Under the pieces are notes generated by a model that saw only the letters and a list, made by a program, of their open reading frames with translations, did no database searches and had not been told where the DNA came from. From Patescibacteria group bacterium (GTDB lineage Bacteria; Patescibacteriota; WWE3; 2-01-FULL-39-13), in assembly GCA_048499955.1 (NCBI GenBank), contig JASNYX010000001.1:66452-130451 (forward strand): DNA of 64,000 bases, in the 5' to 3' direction. Both the position numbers and the translations under genes were made by a program. The stretch's first letter is position 1, and every line of letters begins with the position of its first letter. This document shows positions 29,597 through 38,800 of this stretch, piece by piece.

Positions 29597-30289
29597 TTGG
29601 AGCTGAATACAACCTTGGAAAGGAAAAAATTCAAAACCGATAAACATAAAACAGATCAACTATCTGCAGAAAATGAAGAAAATATTTCAGGAGGAACAAA
29701 AGAAGAGGTTCAAATAATCACGCAGGCAGATATGGATAATCTATTGAAGACGACTGATGAGTTTATGAAAAATAAGGTTAAGGATTCCTTAAATAAGAAA
29801 ATTCTCGAAACACAATCACTTCCCGAAACATCCATAGATTACAAGCAAAATAAGGCTGAGTTCAATGGAAAACTTGATGACGTGGCAAATGAGCTTTCTT
29901 TGACTATGACTTACGAGGGAACAGGCTTAGCCTATAATAAGAGCGATATGGATCAGGTAGTCAAAGAACTTGCCAAAAAAGTCGTTCCTGAAACATTTGA
30001 TTTGAATGATGATTTTGCACCTGAATATGATGCCGTTGGTTTGAAGGATCTCGCAAATCCGAATACACTAAACGTGCAAATAATGTTGAGAAGCTATATA
30101 CTCCCTAAGCTCAATATAGAGGATATAAGAAATCAGGTTTCAGGAAGGAAGATCTCTGATGCACAGGAATACCTTCAGAAACTGCCTAACGTTAATGAAA
30201 TCGTGATAGAGGTTTCGCCGCAGCTCCCCGAATTTCTGCTTACAATGCCACGAAACCCTGAAAAAATAAAAATCGAGATTCTTAAGTGA
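29597..30289 (+). CDS. Hypothetical protein, third gene of the PilM/FtsA-like operon
   Basis: ORF with a TTG start; the first ATG is further downstream. No recognisable motifs. Confidence 0.3.
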   Translation: MELNTTLERKKFKTDKHKTDQLSAENEENISGGTKEEVQIITQADMDNLLKTTDEFMKNKVKDSLNKKILETQSLPETSIDYKQNKAEFNGKLDDVANELSLTMTYEGTGLAYNKSDMDQVVKELAKKVVPETFDLNDDFAPEYDAVGLKDLANPNTLNVQIMLRSYILPKLNIEDIRNQVSGRKISDAQEYLQKLPNVNEIVIEVSPQLPEFLLTMPRNPEKIKIEILK

Positions 30290-30367
30290 GCTGTTTTGTG
30301 AATACTTTGCGTGTCGCAAGAGAAGATACCCCGTACGTAATTACGGTATACTTCATTTTCAATTATT

Positions 30368-31435
30368 ATGGAAAGCGGGAAAAAAGAATTGCCTATAAAA
30401 CAGAGGTCTGTTATTGAACTTCTTAAATATTACTTCAAAAATAAACCACATTCAGATATTGAACCATCGAAGAACCTTTGGACTGTCACAAGAATTTCTT
30501 TAATCGGTGTTGGAATTTTAGGCTCAATTATACTTGTTATTGTGGGCATGGCCGGACGCAATCTTGAACTGAAAGCCGAGATACTAAAAGACATTCTACG
30601 GCAGGAAGATTTTCAAAATAAAGAAACCAGTATTCCGGATACTTCTATCACAACTCTAAAAGTTGATTCATATAAAATTTCATCAACGCCACCTGCCGTT
30701 TCTGCTAAAGCATATTTGGTGTATGACCTAAAAAACGATAAGAAGATTTATGGAAAAGGTGAAGATATGCAGTTGCCTCCCGCTTCTGTGACTAAAATAA
30801 TGACTGCAGTAATCGCTTTGGAAAACTTTGATCTAAGTAAGCCTGTTATTGTCCCCTCTCAATGTGTTGGGATAAACGGTGCAAATGTAGGTTTTCAGGC
30901 GAACGAAATGTTTACGTTAGAGGATCTGATTTACGGTTTGTTAGTTAGATCAGGAGCTGATGCAGCGTGTACAATTGCGAATATTTATAATAATGAGGCT
31001 GATTATGTTGCAACAATGAACAACAAAGCCATTGATATCGGAATGGTAAACACAAAGTACCAAAATGAAATAGGTTTTGATGCCAGATCTGAGCAATTAA
31101 CGACGATTAATGACCTCGAGAAATTGTCTAAGTATGCATTACGCTCTTCTATATTTCGTAAAATTGTCGGAACCAAAAAAGTGGATATCAATGCATTAAA
31201 TACTAAAAACGTTTATTCATTAGTTAATACCAATGACTTGCTGTTCACGATTCCCGGAACTGTAGGCATAAAAACCGGTACCACATTTGAAGCGGGGCAA
31301 TGCCTCACTTATTTATATGAAAATAAGGGGAACGAAATATTAATCATTATTCTTGGATCACAGAACAGATTTGCCGACACCTCACAACTGCTTAAGTGGA
31401 GCGTTTCAGAAATAGAAGCGGCCAACCAAAACTAA
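30368..31435 (+). CDS. dacA: D-alanyl-D-alanine carboxypeptidase (S11, PBP5/6-like)
   Basis: N-terminal TM segment, SVTK (SxxK) motif, SGAD (SxN-like) and KTGTT (KTG). Confidence 0.75.
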   Translation: MESGKKELPIKQRSVIELLKYYFKNKPHSDIEPSKNLWTVTRISLIGVGILGSIILVIVGMAGRNLELKAEILKDILRQEDFQNKETSIPDTSITTLKVDSYKISSTPPAVSAKAYLVYDLKNDKKIYGKGEDMQLPPASVTKIMTAVIALENFDLSKPVIVPSQCVGINGANVGFQANEMFTLEDLIYGLLVRSGADAACTIANIYNNEADYVATMNNKAIDIGMVNTKYQNEIGFDARSEQLTTINDLEKLSKYALRSSIFRKIVGTKKVDINALNTKNVYSLVNTNDLLFTIPGTVGIKTGTTFEAGQCLTYLYENKGNEILIIILGSQNRFADTSQLLKWSVSEIEAANQN

Positions 31436-31890
31436 AAATTATTTCGGCTTTCAATGTAACGATTTAAAATTTTGCAGGCGGCCATTGCATGTTCATCAGA
31501 TCTTTTTTCTTGTGGAACCCCTAAATTTATTAGGCTTTCTTGTGACTCGATCGAAGTATAACTTTCATCAATATACTCGACATTAATGTGATTAATATTT
31601 AGGGATCTGAAGTAACGTTTTATTTTATTCCCAAAGCTTCTTATGCGTTTGGAAGTCCGGTTTTCTTGTCCCGCAACTAAGGGCAGACCGATGACAATCT
31701 CGCTAATATTTTCCTGTTTAGCAATTTTCAGTATTTTTTCGATTGCCTGATTCTCTAGTAGGTGGTCAATCTTAATTTGAAGTGTTTCAAGAGGGCCTAC
31801 AAATTTACCTCTGGCAATTGCCAATCCGATAAATTTCTCTCCATGGTCTATGCCTAACAGATTTTTGTTTTGAAGGTTCGAAGTTTCCAT
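31432..31890 (-). CDS. ruvX: Holliday-junction resolvase-like / pre-16S rRNA nuclease RuvX (YqgF)
   Basis: LLGIDHGEKFIGLAIA N-terminus and the SEIVIGLPL motif. Confidence 0.8.
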   Translation of the reverse strand: METSNLQNKNLLGIDHGEKFIGLAIARGKFVGPLETLQIKIDHLLENQAIEKILKIAKQENISEIVIGLPLVAGQENRTSKRIRSFGNKIKRYFRSLNINHINVEYIDESYTSIESQESLINLGVPQEKRSDEHAMAACKILNRYIESRNNF

Positions 31891-32015
31891 ATCTTGCCTA
31901 AAGTATCATATTTATCTTACGCAGGCGAGACCGCCAATATAATAGGTATGGTATGAATTCCGGGCTAAGTATAAGTTACTTTGCAATATAGGAGTGGGTT
32001 AATCTAACTACGTAA

Positions 32016-32044
32016 TTGACGCTAACTACGCAATCTGCGATAAT
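32016..32044 (+). promoter_or_regulatory. Sigma-70 promoter TTGACG-17-GATAAT flanked by CTAACTACG direct repeats (candidate antitoxin operator)
   Basis: -35 at 32016-32021 and -10 at 32039-32044. The 9-bp repeats lie at 32004-32012 and 32022-32030. The ORF-track TTG 'start' at 32016 is the -35 hexamer itself. Confidence 0.5.
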
Positions 32045-32045
32045 C

Positions 32046-32369
32046 ATGAATATGAGCAAACAAACTAGTCCTTGGAGGAATGAGGTTCTTGCGGGTGAGA
32101 AAACTGTAGGAGCTTTTGAAGCTAGGCGCAACTTTGGAAAAGTTTTAAAGGGCGTCGAAGCGAATAAATCTAAATATATCATTGAGAAAAACGGAGAGCC
32201 TGTAGCTGCTCTAGTTCCTGTTAACCTCTATGAGCAATGGAAGCAGAGTAGAGAAACTCTAGTTAATAAAATTAGTAGGATTCAGAATATAGCCAATTTA
32301 ACGCCTGAGGTTGCTGAAGATTTAGCAAAAGAGGCCGTTAAGTTTGTTCGTTCGCAAAAAATTAGGTGA
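32046..32369 (+). CDS. Phd/YefM-type antitoxin (leaderless or near-leaderless)
   Basis: GAFEARRNFGKVLKGVEANKSKYIIEKNGEPVAALVPVNLYEQW. An ATG lies 1-7 nt after the -10 with no SD sequence. Confidence 0.55.
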   Translation: MNMSKQTSPWRNEVLAGEKTVGAFEARRNFGKVLKGVEANKSKYIIEKNGEPVAALVPVNLYEQWKQSRETLVNKISRIQNIANLTPEVAEDLAKEAVKFVRSQKIR

Positions 32370-32800
32370 AAGCTGTATTAGACACAAACATTATTGTAAG
32401 TGCTTTTCTTTCTCCGAGTGGTCCCAACGCAGAAATCCTTAAACATCTTTTTAAAGAAGAGTTAAAAATTTTTGCCTCACCGGAAATTCTAGAAGAATAT
32501 TCAGAGGTAATGCGGTATCCCAAAATTAAAAAGTATCTTAAATCGTCTCCTGAGGAAATTGATGAAGTGATCTTAGAGCTGTTCGAAACATTCGGTGAGG
32601 TTGTAATCCCCAAAAGGAAACTTGAAGTTGTGGATCAAGATCCGGATGATAATAAATTTGTGGAGTGTTCTGTTGAGGTCAATGCAGATTTTATTGTTAC
32701 ATACGACCCTCACCTTCTAGAACTCAAGAAATACGAAAGCACCCATATTGTGGTTCCTGCGGTATTTCTGGAACTTCTAAAAAAAGGACCCGACTTTTAA
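32366..32800 (+). CDS. vapC: PIN-domain toxin (VapC-like)
   Basis: MKAVLDTNIIVSAFLS... with acidic residues at PIN positions. Overlaps the antitoxin by 4 nt. Confidence 0.7.
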   Translation: MKAVLDTNIIVSAFLSPSGPNAEILKHLFKEELKIFASPEILEEYSEVMRYPKIKKYLKSSPEEIDEVILELFETFGEVVIPKRKLEVVDQDPDDNKFVECSVEVNADFIVTYDPHLLELKKYESTHIVVPAVFLELLKKGPDF

Positions 32801-32860
32801 TCGCCTTTGACCCGGTTTATGTAGCTGACAGCTGTTGATCTTGCAATAATTCCCTAATAC

Positions 32861-34153
32861 TTAAGGCATAAGCCTTTTTACATCTCTTGGCAAAAATGTT
32901 GCTTCTCTAATGTTAGGCAAATCCAACAGTTGCATGATGATCCTGCTCGGACCGATTCCTGCACCTCCATGAGGTGGGCATCCGTACTTGAAAAAATCAA
33001 TATAATCTTTAAGAGTGGAGACCTCGATCCCTTTTTCTTCTATTTGTTTTGTCAATATTTCCGGCCGGTGTTCTCTTTGTGCTCCGGTTGTGATTTCGAG
33101 ACCTTTATAAATTAGATCGAAGCTCTTGGTTAATTCAGGATTATCCGTATGCCTCATATGGTAAAAGGGACGAACACTGATGTGATAATCGGTTATGAAA
33201 ACAAAATCAGATCCTGTTTCGTTTTTCATGATTTTTGAGATTTCTTTTTCTTCAACCGGACTAAGGTCGTGTTCTTTTTCTCCGGTTATTCCTGCTGATT
33301 TCAGTTTTTCCTTAGCTTCTCTCATAGATATTTTGGGGAAAGGTCTCGACGGTATTTCTATGCTCAAGCCTAAATTATTGTTAACCTGTTTGATACCTTC
33401 GATTACTAGGCCTTCTTCTTCGTCCATGATTTCGTGGTGTGATTCTATGTATGAAATTTCAAAGTCCCATCCGGTAAACTCGGTTAAGTGTCTGGTTGTG
33501 AAAGAAGGTTCCGCTCTAAAAACGGGTCCGACGGCGAAAACTTTTTCAAAGCCTGCTGCCATTGCCATTTGTTTATAGAACTGTGGAGATTGTGCAAGAT
33601 AGGCTTTTCTTTCGAAATAGTCTACTTGAAAAAATTCAGAACCGCCTTCGCTTGGTGCATTCATTAATGAAGGAGAATAAAATTGCATATACTCATTGTC
33701 GTTCCAGTATTTTCGGAATCCTTGTTCTAGAGCTCCCCATGTTTTGAAAATTTTAAGCTTGTCGGGTTTTCTAAGATCAATCCATCTATAATCCAGTCTT
33801 GTAGGTTGCTCGGTTTCTCCCCCGCTTTTTTCAACTACAACAGGAATCGGAAGAATAGCTTCAGATTTTGAAAGGATATGAATTTCCTGTGCTTCTACCT
33901 CGAATCCACTTGGTGCTTGTTTTTCTTCTTTTGCGGTTCCTGAAATTTTAACTACAGACTCAAGAGTAAGATCTTCGACGGTTTTAAATGCGTTTTCATT
34001 ATTTTTTAGTACAACGCATTGAATTGTTCCGGTAGTATCTCGAAGTATCAGGAACTTAATGCTTCCTTGGTTACGAATTGCCTGGACAAACCCGGCAAGT
34101 TCAACCGTTTCTCCGATGTGTTTTTGTATGTCTTTTATGTATGTGCGTTTCAT
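32861..34153 (-). CDS. Class IIb aminoacyl-tRNA synthetase (asparaginyl- or archaeal-type aspartyl-tRNA synthetase)
   Basis: N-terminal OB fold, motif 2 FRAEPSFTTRHLTEFTGWDFE, motif 3 GCPPHGGAGIGPSRIIM. At 430 aa and without a GAD insertion, Asn versus Asp specificity cannot be decided here. Confidence 0.8.
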   Translation of the reverse strand: MKRTYIKDIQKHIGETVELAGFVQAIRNQGSIKFLILRDTTGTIQCVVLKNNENAFKTVEDLTLESVVKISGTAKEEKQAPSGFEVEAQEIHILSKSEAILPIPVVVEKSGGETEQPTRLDYRWIDLRKPDKLKIFKTWGALEQGFRKYWNDNEYMQFYSPSLMNAPSEGGSEFFQVDYFERKAYLAQSPQFYKQMAMAAGFEKVFAVGPVFRAEPSFTTRHLTEFTGWDFEISYIESHHEIMDEEEGLVIEGIKQVNNNLGLSIEIPSRPFPKISMREAKEKLKSAGITGEKEHDLSPVEEKEISKIMKNETGSDFVFITDYHISVRPFYHMRHTDNPELTKSFDLIYKGLEITTGAQREHRPEILTKQIEEKGIEVSTLKDYIDFFKYGCPPHGGAGIGPSRIIMQLLDLPNIREATFLPRDVKRLMP

Positions 34154-34174
34154 TGCTGATATTATACCTGAAAT

Positions 34175-35863
34175 TTATGCAACTTTGAGATCTTTGAGCT
34201 TTAATTCGAGTGAGCGGTTCCCGTTCCACTCATTTATTGATAGGTTATAGGCAACGTCTACTTTATCGCCAAGTCCCAGTTTTAGACTGTTATCGGCATT
34301 AAACATTATTCCGGTGATTTTGTTATTTTGATCGTCTGACATAAACAACCTCAAGTGTTGGTTTTCTTTTCCGAAAAATGAAGAATTAAAGACCTTCAGG
34401 CTTCTGGTCACGAATAATGGTTCGGAGTTTCCTACGCCAAACGGTTTTAAAGTTTGAATTTTTTCTACTGTGTTAGTGTGTATAAGTTCTGCAGGGATTT
34501 CCATGTCTACCTTTATTTTAGGTGTAAAGGTGTTCTCATCCCATTCATTGAGAGTGTTTAGGGATTCTATTAGTTTGGAAATATTCTCTGCAGGAAGTGA
34601 AAATCCCGCAGCCATATCATGTCCACCGAGTTTTTCAAATAATGGATCAAATTTATGTAATGCCTCGATTATAGAAATTCCCTCAATTGAGCGTGCGGAG
34701 CCTTTGGCTTTTCCTGTTGACTGGTCAACGGCGATTGCAATTGATGGCCGGTAGTAGGTTTGAACAAGTTTTCCTGCAATTAATCCAATGATTCCCTCAT
34801 GATATGTGGGGCTGAATGACACAAGGAATTTAGGGATCTCGGTTTTTGTGGTTGTTTTTGGGTCAATATCTAGTTGGTTAATGGCGTATTCCAGATCTGA
34901 TTGGGTTTTATCTTGACGTTTTCTATTAAGATCTTTTAATGATTCGCCGATTGTTTTTGCCTGATCTTCTGATTCTGTAGAAAGTAACCTGAGCGAATCC
35001 ATTGCGCTTTCGAGTCTCCCGCTGGCATTCAAATGAGGACCTATTACCCATCCTATATGATATGTGTCTATTTTATCTTCGAGTGATATTACTTTTTTTA
35101 AAACTTCGATACCAAGAATGGTTCCATTATTAAGCTGATTAATGCCATGTTTGGCAATTGATCGGTTGAATCCTGTTAGCGGTTGTAGGTCGCAAATAGT
35201 TCCCAGTGCGGCAAGATCAAGATAACTCTCATCAGGCTTATTATATTTTCCCAGCAGTTTATGTGCGATTAACCAGGCAATACCGGCTCCTGTTGCTTGC
35301 TCAGTCCAGATTAGATGATGGGGTGAAGGTTCTTCTGACCCTTTATGGTGATGATCGGTAAGTATAACCCTTGTGCCTAAGTTTTTCAGTGCTTCGATCT
35401 CAGCAACTGAAACAATTCCGCAGTCTACTGTTATCAGTAATGAATTGCTAAGTGCGAATCCTTTAGTCTCAAGTAGCTTACTAACACCGTTAATGCTTTC
35501 AGTACTTAATCCATAACCTTCGTCAAATCTGTTAGGAATATATGGAAAAACATTTTCGTATTCCAAGTCCTTATATATAGTTCGCCAGAGAATTGCCGTG
35601 GCCGTTTGACCGTCTACATCGTAATCACCATAAATGACGATTGGTTTCTTGTCGCGTATAGCTTGTGAAATTTCTTCTAACGCCGGAATAATATTATTGT
35701 TTACTAACTCTATGAAATTTCCGTCGGTTGTAACATATTCCCATGGGGTTATATCCAGATTGTATTTTGCAGTGAACTTGCGATTTTTTACTAAAATATC
35801 AAAAACTTCGTCATATGAGGTTGCCCGGTTTTGGCTTAAAAAATCCCATCGGTATTTATTCAT
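34175..35863 (-). CDS. recJ: Single-stranded-DNA-specific exonuclease RecJ
   Basis: DHH motifs VIYGDYDVDGQTATAIL and ILTDHHH, plus the DHHA1 GGHDMAAG. Confidence 0.85.
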   Translation of the reverse strand: MNKYRWDFLSQNRATSYDEVFDILVKNRKFTAKYNLDITPWEYVTTDGNFIELVNNNIIPALEEISQAIRDKKPIVIYGDYDVDGQTATAILWRTIYKDLEYENVFPYIPNRFDEGYGLSTESINGVSKLLETKGFALSNSLLITVDCGIVSVAEIEALKNLGTRVILTDHHHKGSEEPSPHHLIWTEQATGAGIAWLIAHKLLGKYNKPDESYLDLAALGTICDLQPLTGFNRSIAKHGINQLNNGTILGIEVLKKVISLEDKIDTYHIGWVIGPHLNASGRLESAMDSLRLLSTESEDQAKTIGESLKDLNRKRQDKTQSDLEYAINQLDIDPKTTTKTEIPKFLVSFSPTYHEGIIGLIAGKLVQTYYRPSIAIAVDQSTGKAKGSARSIEGISIIEALHKFDPLFEKLGGHDMAAGFSLPAENISKLIESLNTLNEWDENTFTPKIKVDMEIPAELIHTNTVEKIQTLKPFGVGNSEPLFVTRSLKVFNSSFFGKENQHLRLFMSDDQNNKITGIMFNADNSLKLGLGDKVDVAYNLSINEWNGNRSLELKLKDLKVA

Positions 35864-36091
35864 TATTTCAGACTAACATATAAGATTATTGTGAACCCGC
35901 ATAATATAAATTCCCTATTTTTGAAAGTGATTTTTGCACTTCTGTCGGGCCAGTTTTTTTGACTTGAGTTAAATACTTTAGCTCATCTGTCGCGTAATTT
36001 GCAAAATATTTCGTGATAATTTAACTAGTAATTGCAGTATGTTTAATAATAAGTTAATAAATATTTAATATCCGAGTATTAAATTAAAAGC

Positions 36092-36763
36092 ATGAAAATA
36101 TTAATCATAGATCCCGACCCACGAACCGGCCAACGCTTGCTTCGTGTTTTAAAAGAAGATTATATAGTTGATTTCGCTATGAACGCGAAAGATGCAGAGG
36201 AGTTACTTTATACTACTCATTATGATTTAATGATTACCAATCTAAACCTTCCTGATATTAATGGAGAAGACTTCGTAAATTTAATTAGAACAAATATCAA
36301 GGAGCTTCCTATTATGGTTCTTTCAGGAAAAATGGCAGTTTCAGATAGAGATTTCGCTTTTGAAAAAGGAGCCGACGATTACATGATTAAGCCTTTAAAT
36401 ACCATAGAACTAAAAGCACGAATCAAGGCTCTACTTAATAGAAAACCCAATCGAGAAAGAAGTCTAAAAGAAATCTTAGAACTTAGAGATCTAGTGCTGG
36501 ATCGTGCAAAACGAATGAGTTTTTACAAGAACGAAAGATTAAAATTACGCAAAAAAGAAATGCAGTTACTTGAATATTTGCTCGAAAATCAGGGCAGAGT
36601 AGTTACAAGGGGCGAAATACTGGAAAGAGTTTGGGATTCATCTGCTAATCCATTTACCAATACGGTTGAGGTTCATCTTAAACGGTTACGAGATAAAATC
36701 GAAAAACCCTATAACGAAAAGTTTATTGAAACCGTTCATGGCTTTGGTTATATGATGTCGTGA
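36092..36763 (+). CDS. OmpR/PhoB-family response regulator with an atypical receiver (Asn at the phospho-acceptor position)
   Basis: Receiver plus winged-helix LTKKEMQLLEYL...RLR. The DLMITNLNLPDINGE segment aligns N onto the phosphorylatable Asp of PhoB DLILLDWMLPG. The conserved S/T (VLSGK) and K (IKPL) are retained. Confidence 0.7.
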   Translation: MKILIIDPDPRTGQRLLRVLKEDYIVDFAMNAKDAEELLYTTHYDLMITNLNLPDINGEDFVNLIRTNIKELPIMVLSGKMAVSDRDFAFEKGADDYMIKPLNTIELKARIKALLNRKPNRERSLKEILELRDLVLDRAKRMSFYKNERLKLRKKEMQLLEYLLENQGRVVTRGEILERVWDSSANPFTNTVEVHLKRLRDKIEKPYNEKFIETVHGFGYMMS

Positions 36764-36811
36764 GATATATCTCTGTGGTACCAGGCTGTTGAGGTTGTTT
36801 ATCTAGTTGAT

Positions 36812-36838
36812 TTGACATTCAACTGTACGATCGTACAA
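36812..36838 (+). promoter_or_regulatory. Promoter TTGACA-15-TACAAT overlapped by the perfect palindrome TGTACGATCGTACA (candidate antitoxin operator)
   Basis: The palindrome at 36824-36837 overlaps the -10. The ATG at 36846 lies 7 nt after the -10, implying a leaderless mRNA. Confidence 0.5.
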
Positions 36839-36845
36839 TCAGTTT

Positions 36846-37136
36846 ATGACTTACACTAAAAAAGTTAAAAAATCATATTTAAGGGATAATCTTGCATCAA
36901 TTGTTTCAGATGTTGAGAAAGGCCAGGTTTACTACGTATCAGACAGAGGTTATGAAAAAGTTGCATTAGTTCCAATTTCTCTTGTTGAAAGAAAAAGCAG
37001 AGTTCTAAAAAAGCTTAAACCAATATCACAAAGCAATGCGTTTGGTATTTTCGCCGATAAAAATGAGATGAAAGATTCAGTTGCATGGGTAAGGAATTTA
37101 AGAGAATCCGAAGTTAACGAAACCTATGCCAAATAA
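36846..37136 (+). CDS. Phd/YefM-like antitoxin
   Basis: YLRDNLASIVSDVEKGQVYYVSDRGYEKVALVPISL. Overlaps the PIN gene by 11 nt. Confidence 0.5.
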   Translation: MTYTKKVKKSYLRDNLASIVSDVEKGQVYYVSDRGYEKVALVPISLVERKSRVLKKLKPISQSNAFGIFADKNEMKDSVAWVRNLRESEVNETYAK

Positions 37137-37506
37137 GATATTGTTTGACACATGTGTACTGGTCGATGCTTTGCGAGCTTATAAGCCTGCGGTCGAGTAT
37201 GTTGAGAAATATGAGGAAGTAAATATTTCAATAATTACTGCGATGGAGTTGATTAAGGGATCAAAGAACAAAGCAGAGCTTAATTATTTATCTGAGTTGA
37301 TTGACGGTTACAACGTTGAACCTCTAGATTCGACTATTTCTATTGCGGCAGAATCTTTAGTTAAGATTTATCATCTGAAGAATAATTTTGCGATTGGAGA
37401 TGCCTTGATTGCCGCAACATGCTTATCAAAAGGTTACTCTTTAGCGACTAGAGACCTTGTTCATTTTGAAAATATTACCGGACTGGATATTGTGGTTCCC
37501 TTTTGA
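37126..37506 (+). CDS. vapC: PIN-domain toxin VapC
   Basis: ILFDTCVLVDALR...ITAMELIKG...GDALIAAT. Confidence 0.7.
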   Translation: MPNKILFDTCVLVDALRAYKPAVEYVEKYEEVNISIITAMELIKGSKNKAELNYLSELIDGYNVEPLDSTISIAAESLVKIYHLKNNFAIGDALIAATCLSKGYSLATRDLVHFENITGLDIVVPF

Positions 37507-37529
37507 TTAACCCTTATTTTGATTGTTTG

Positions 37530-37913
37530 CTAAGCTGCCTCTGAAGAAATCTTTTTGCGTGAGCTATAACCAAGAAAAATTGATAAAAATAATGACCCCC
37601 AACCTACTATAAAAAAACCTATCGGTAGTATTTTCTTAAATACCCTAATGATGGCTACTGAAGCTGATCCTCCTGATTCATCTAGCCCCAGTGAGCTAAG
37701 GGTCTGATCTTGAAGCGGTTCTATTATGTGTTTGTTGTATTCGAAGCCGAAGAGCAAAAACGAAAACCCTATGAGCAAAAGCAATCCGGAGCGGCTTGGT
37801 TTATAAATCAACAAAAAAATTGCAAAGAGAATCCCTAGAAAATATCCGATTGCATCCTGATTATGAATGAACGTTAAAAAAATAGTATCGATCAAGCTTT
37901 CACGAAGGCTCAT
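37530..37913 (-). CDS. Hypothetical integral membrane protein (3-4 TM segments)
   Basis: Hydrophobic helices only. Confidence 0.3.
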   Translation of the reverse strand: MSLRESLIDTIFLTFIHNQDAIGYFLGILFAIFLLIYKPSRSGLLLLIGFSFLLFGFEYNKHIIEPLQDQTLSSLGLDESGGSASVAIIRVFKKILPIGFFIVGWGSLFLSIFLGYSSRKKISSEAA

Positions 37914-37979
37914 TTAGATATTATATAACTTCTGGGTTAAAGGAGTGGGTAAACTAAATTCTTGTAGTTGATGTAAGAA

Positions 37980-38699
37980 TTAATACTCTGTTGGTGGGGT
38001 ATAACCATTTCTTATGTGCTCTCTAAATCTTGAGAGTGTTGATTCTACTGCCTTATATGATACGCCCAACTCTTCTGCAATTTGTTTAACAGGTATTGGA
38101 CCGTTTTCATTTAATCCGTAATATAATCTGGCAATTTTAGCCTCTCTAGGGTTCTTATCTTCAATTGTCGCGAGGAATGCGTGCAGGTCATCGTAACGCG
38201 TTTTCTTTTCGAAAATCGCTGCAGGGTCCAGTGATTCATCGGATAGAAAATCATCAGTATCCTGTAATTGAACTTCGTTAAGTTGTCGGTGTCTTTCCCT
38301 GCGACCTTTATCAATAAGCCTTTGCCACACTCGTGTTGTTACCCATGTTTCAAACTCAACGCCTTGAGTTGGGTCGTATCGTTCAGTTGCTTGAACTAGG
38401 GCATCAATTGCCGCCGGTATGGTCTCTTCTTCCGGAAGAAGGTATGCGTTGTTTGAGTACTTCTTGGCCAAAGTTAAGGCTTTGGCAAAAAGTTCCTCGG
38501 TAACAAGTGCCCAGTTGGGATTTCTTTGTTGACCAGAAACTTCAATCGGGTTCCCAGTTATTTCCTGTGATGAATGATAGTGGTTGGTAAGCGATTGCAT
38601 GTCAGGATGTTGAATTGGGTTGTATGGGATTTCCATTGACTCCTCAGTATTATCATGTGGAGGCTCATTCTCAAGAATTGAGGAAATAGAGGCAGGCAT
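37980..38699 (-). CDS. RNA polymerase sigma factor, sigma-70 family (ECF-like, regions 2 and 4) with a roughly 70-aa N-terminal extension
   Basis: Region 2 ATERYDPTQGVEFETWVTTRVWQRLID and region 4 PVKQIAEELGVSYKAVESTLSRFREHIR. Confidence 0.7.
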   Translation of the reverse strand: MPASISSILENEPPHDNTEESMEIPYNPIQHPDMQSLTNHYHSSQEITGNPIEVSGQQRNPNWALVTEELFAKALTLAKKYSNNAYLLPEEETIPAAIDALVQATERYDPTQGVEFETWVTTRVWQRLIDKGRRERHRQLNEVQLQDTDDFLSDESLDPAAIFEKKTRYDDLHAFLATIEDKNPREAKIARLYYGLNENGPIPVKQIAEELGVSYKAVESTLSRFREHIRNGYTPPTEY

Positions 38700-38761
38700 A
38701 CAGTTATTCTGCCCGTTTCAGATTGAATAGGCAAGTTTCAATTCAAATAAGTGTTACGCAT

Positions 38762-38798
38762 TTGCCGGAAATATGAGGTTTTGATAGAATTCCGGCAA
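38762..38798 (+). promoter_or_regulatory. Promoter-like TTGCCG-17-TAGAAT embedded in the 9-bp inverted repeat TTGCCGGAA / TTCCGGCAA directly abutting the ATG at 38801
   Basis: Perfect 9-bp arms at 38762-38770 and 38790-38798. The -10 lies in the loop, and there is no SD before the ATG. Confidence 0.4.
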
Positions 38799-38800
38799 TT

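Noticed and set aside
32016-32045. The TTG start of the antitoxin ORF at 32016
   Set aside because: The TTG is the TTGACG -35 hexamer of the promoter. The true start is the ATG at 32046 or 32052.
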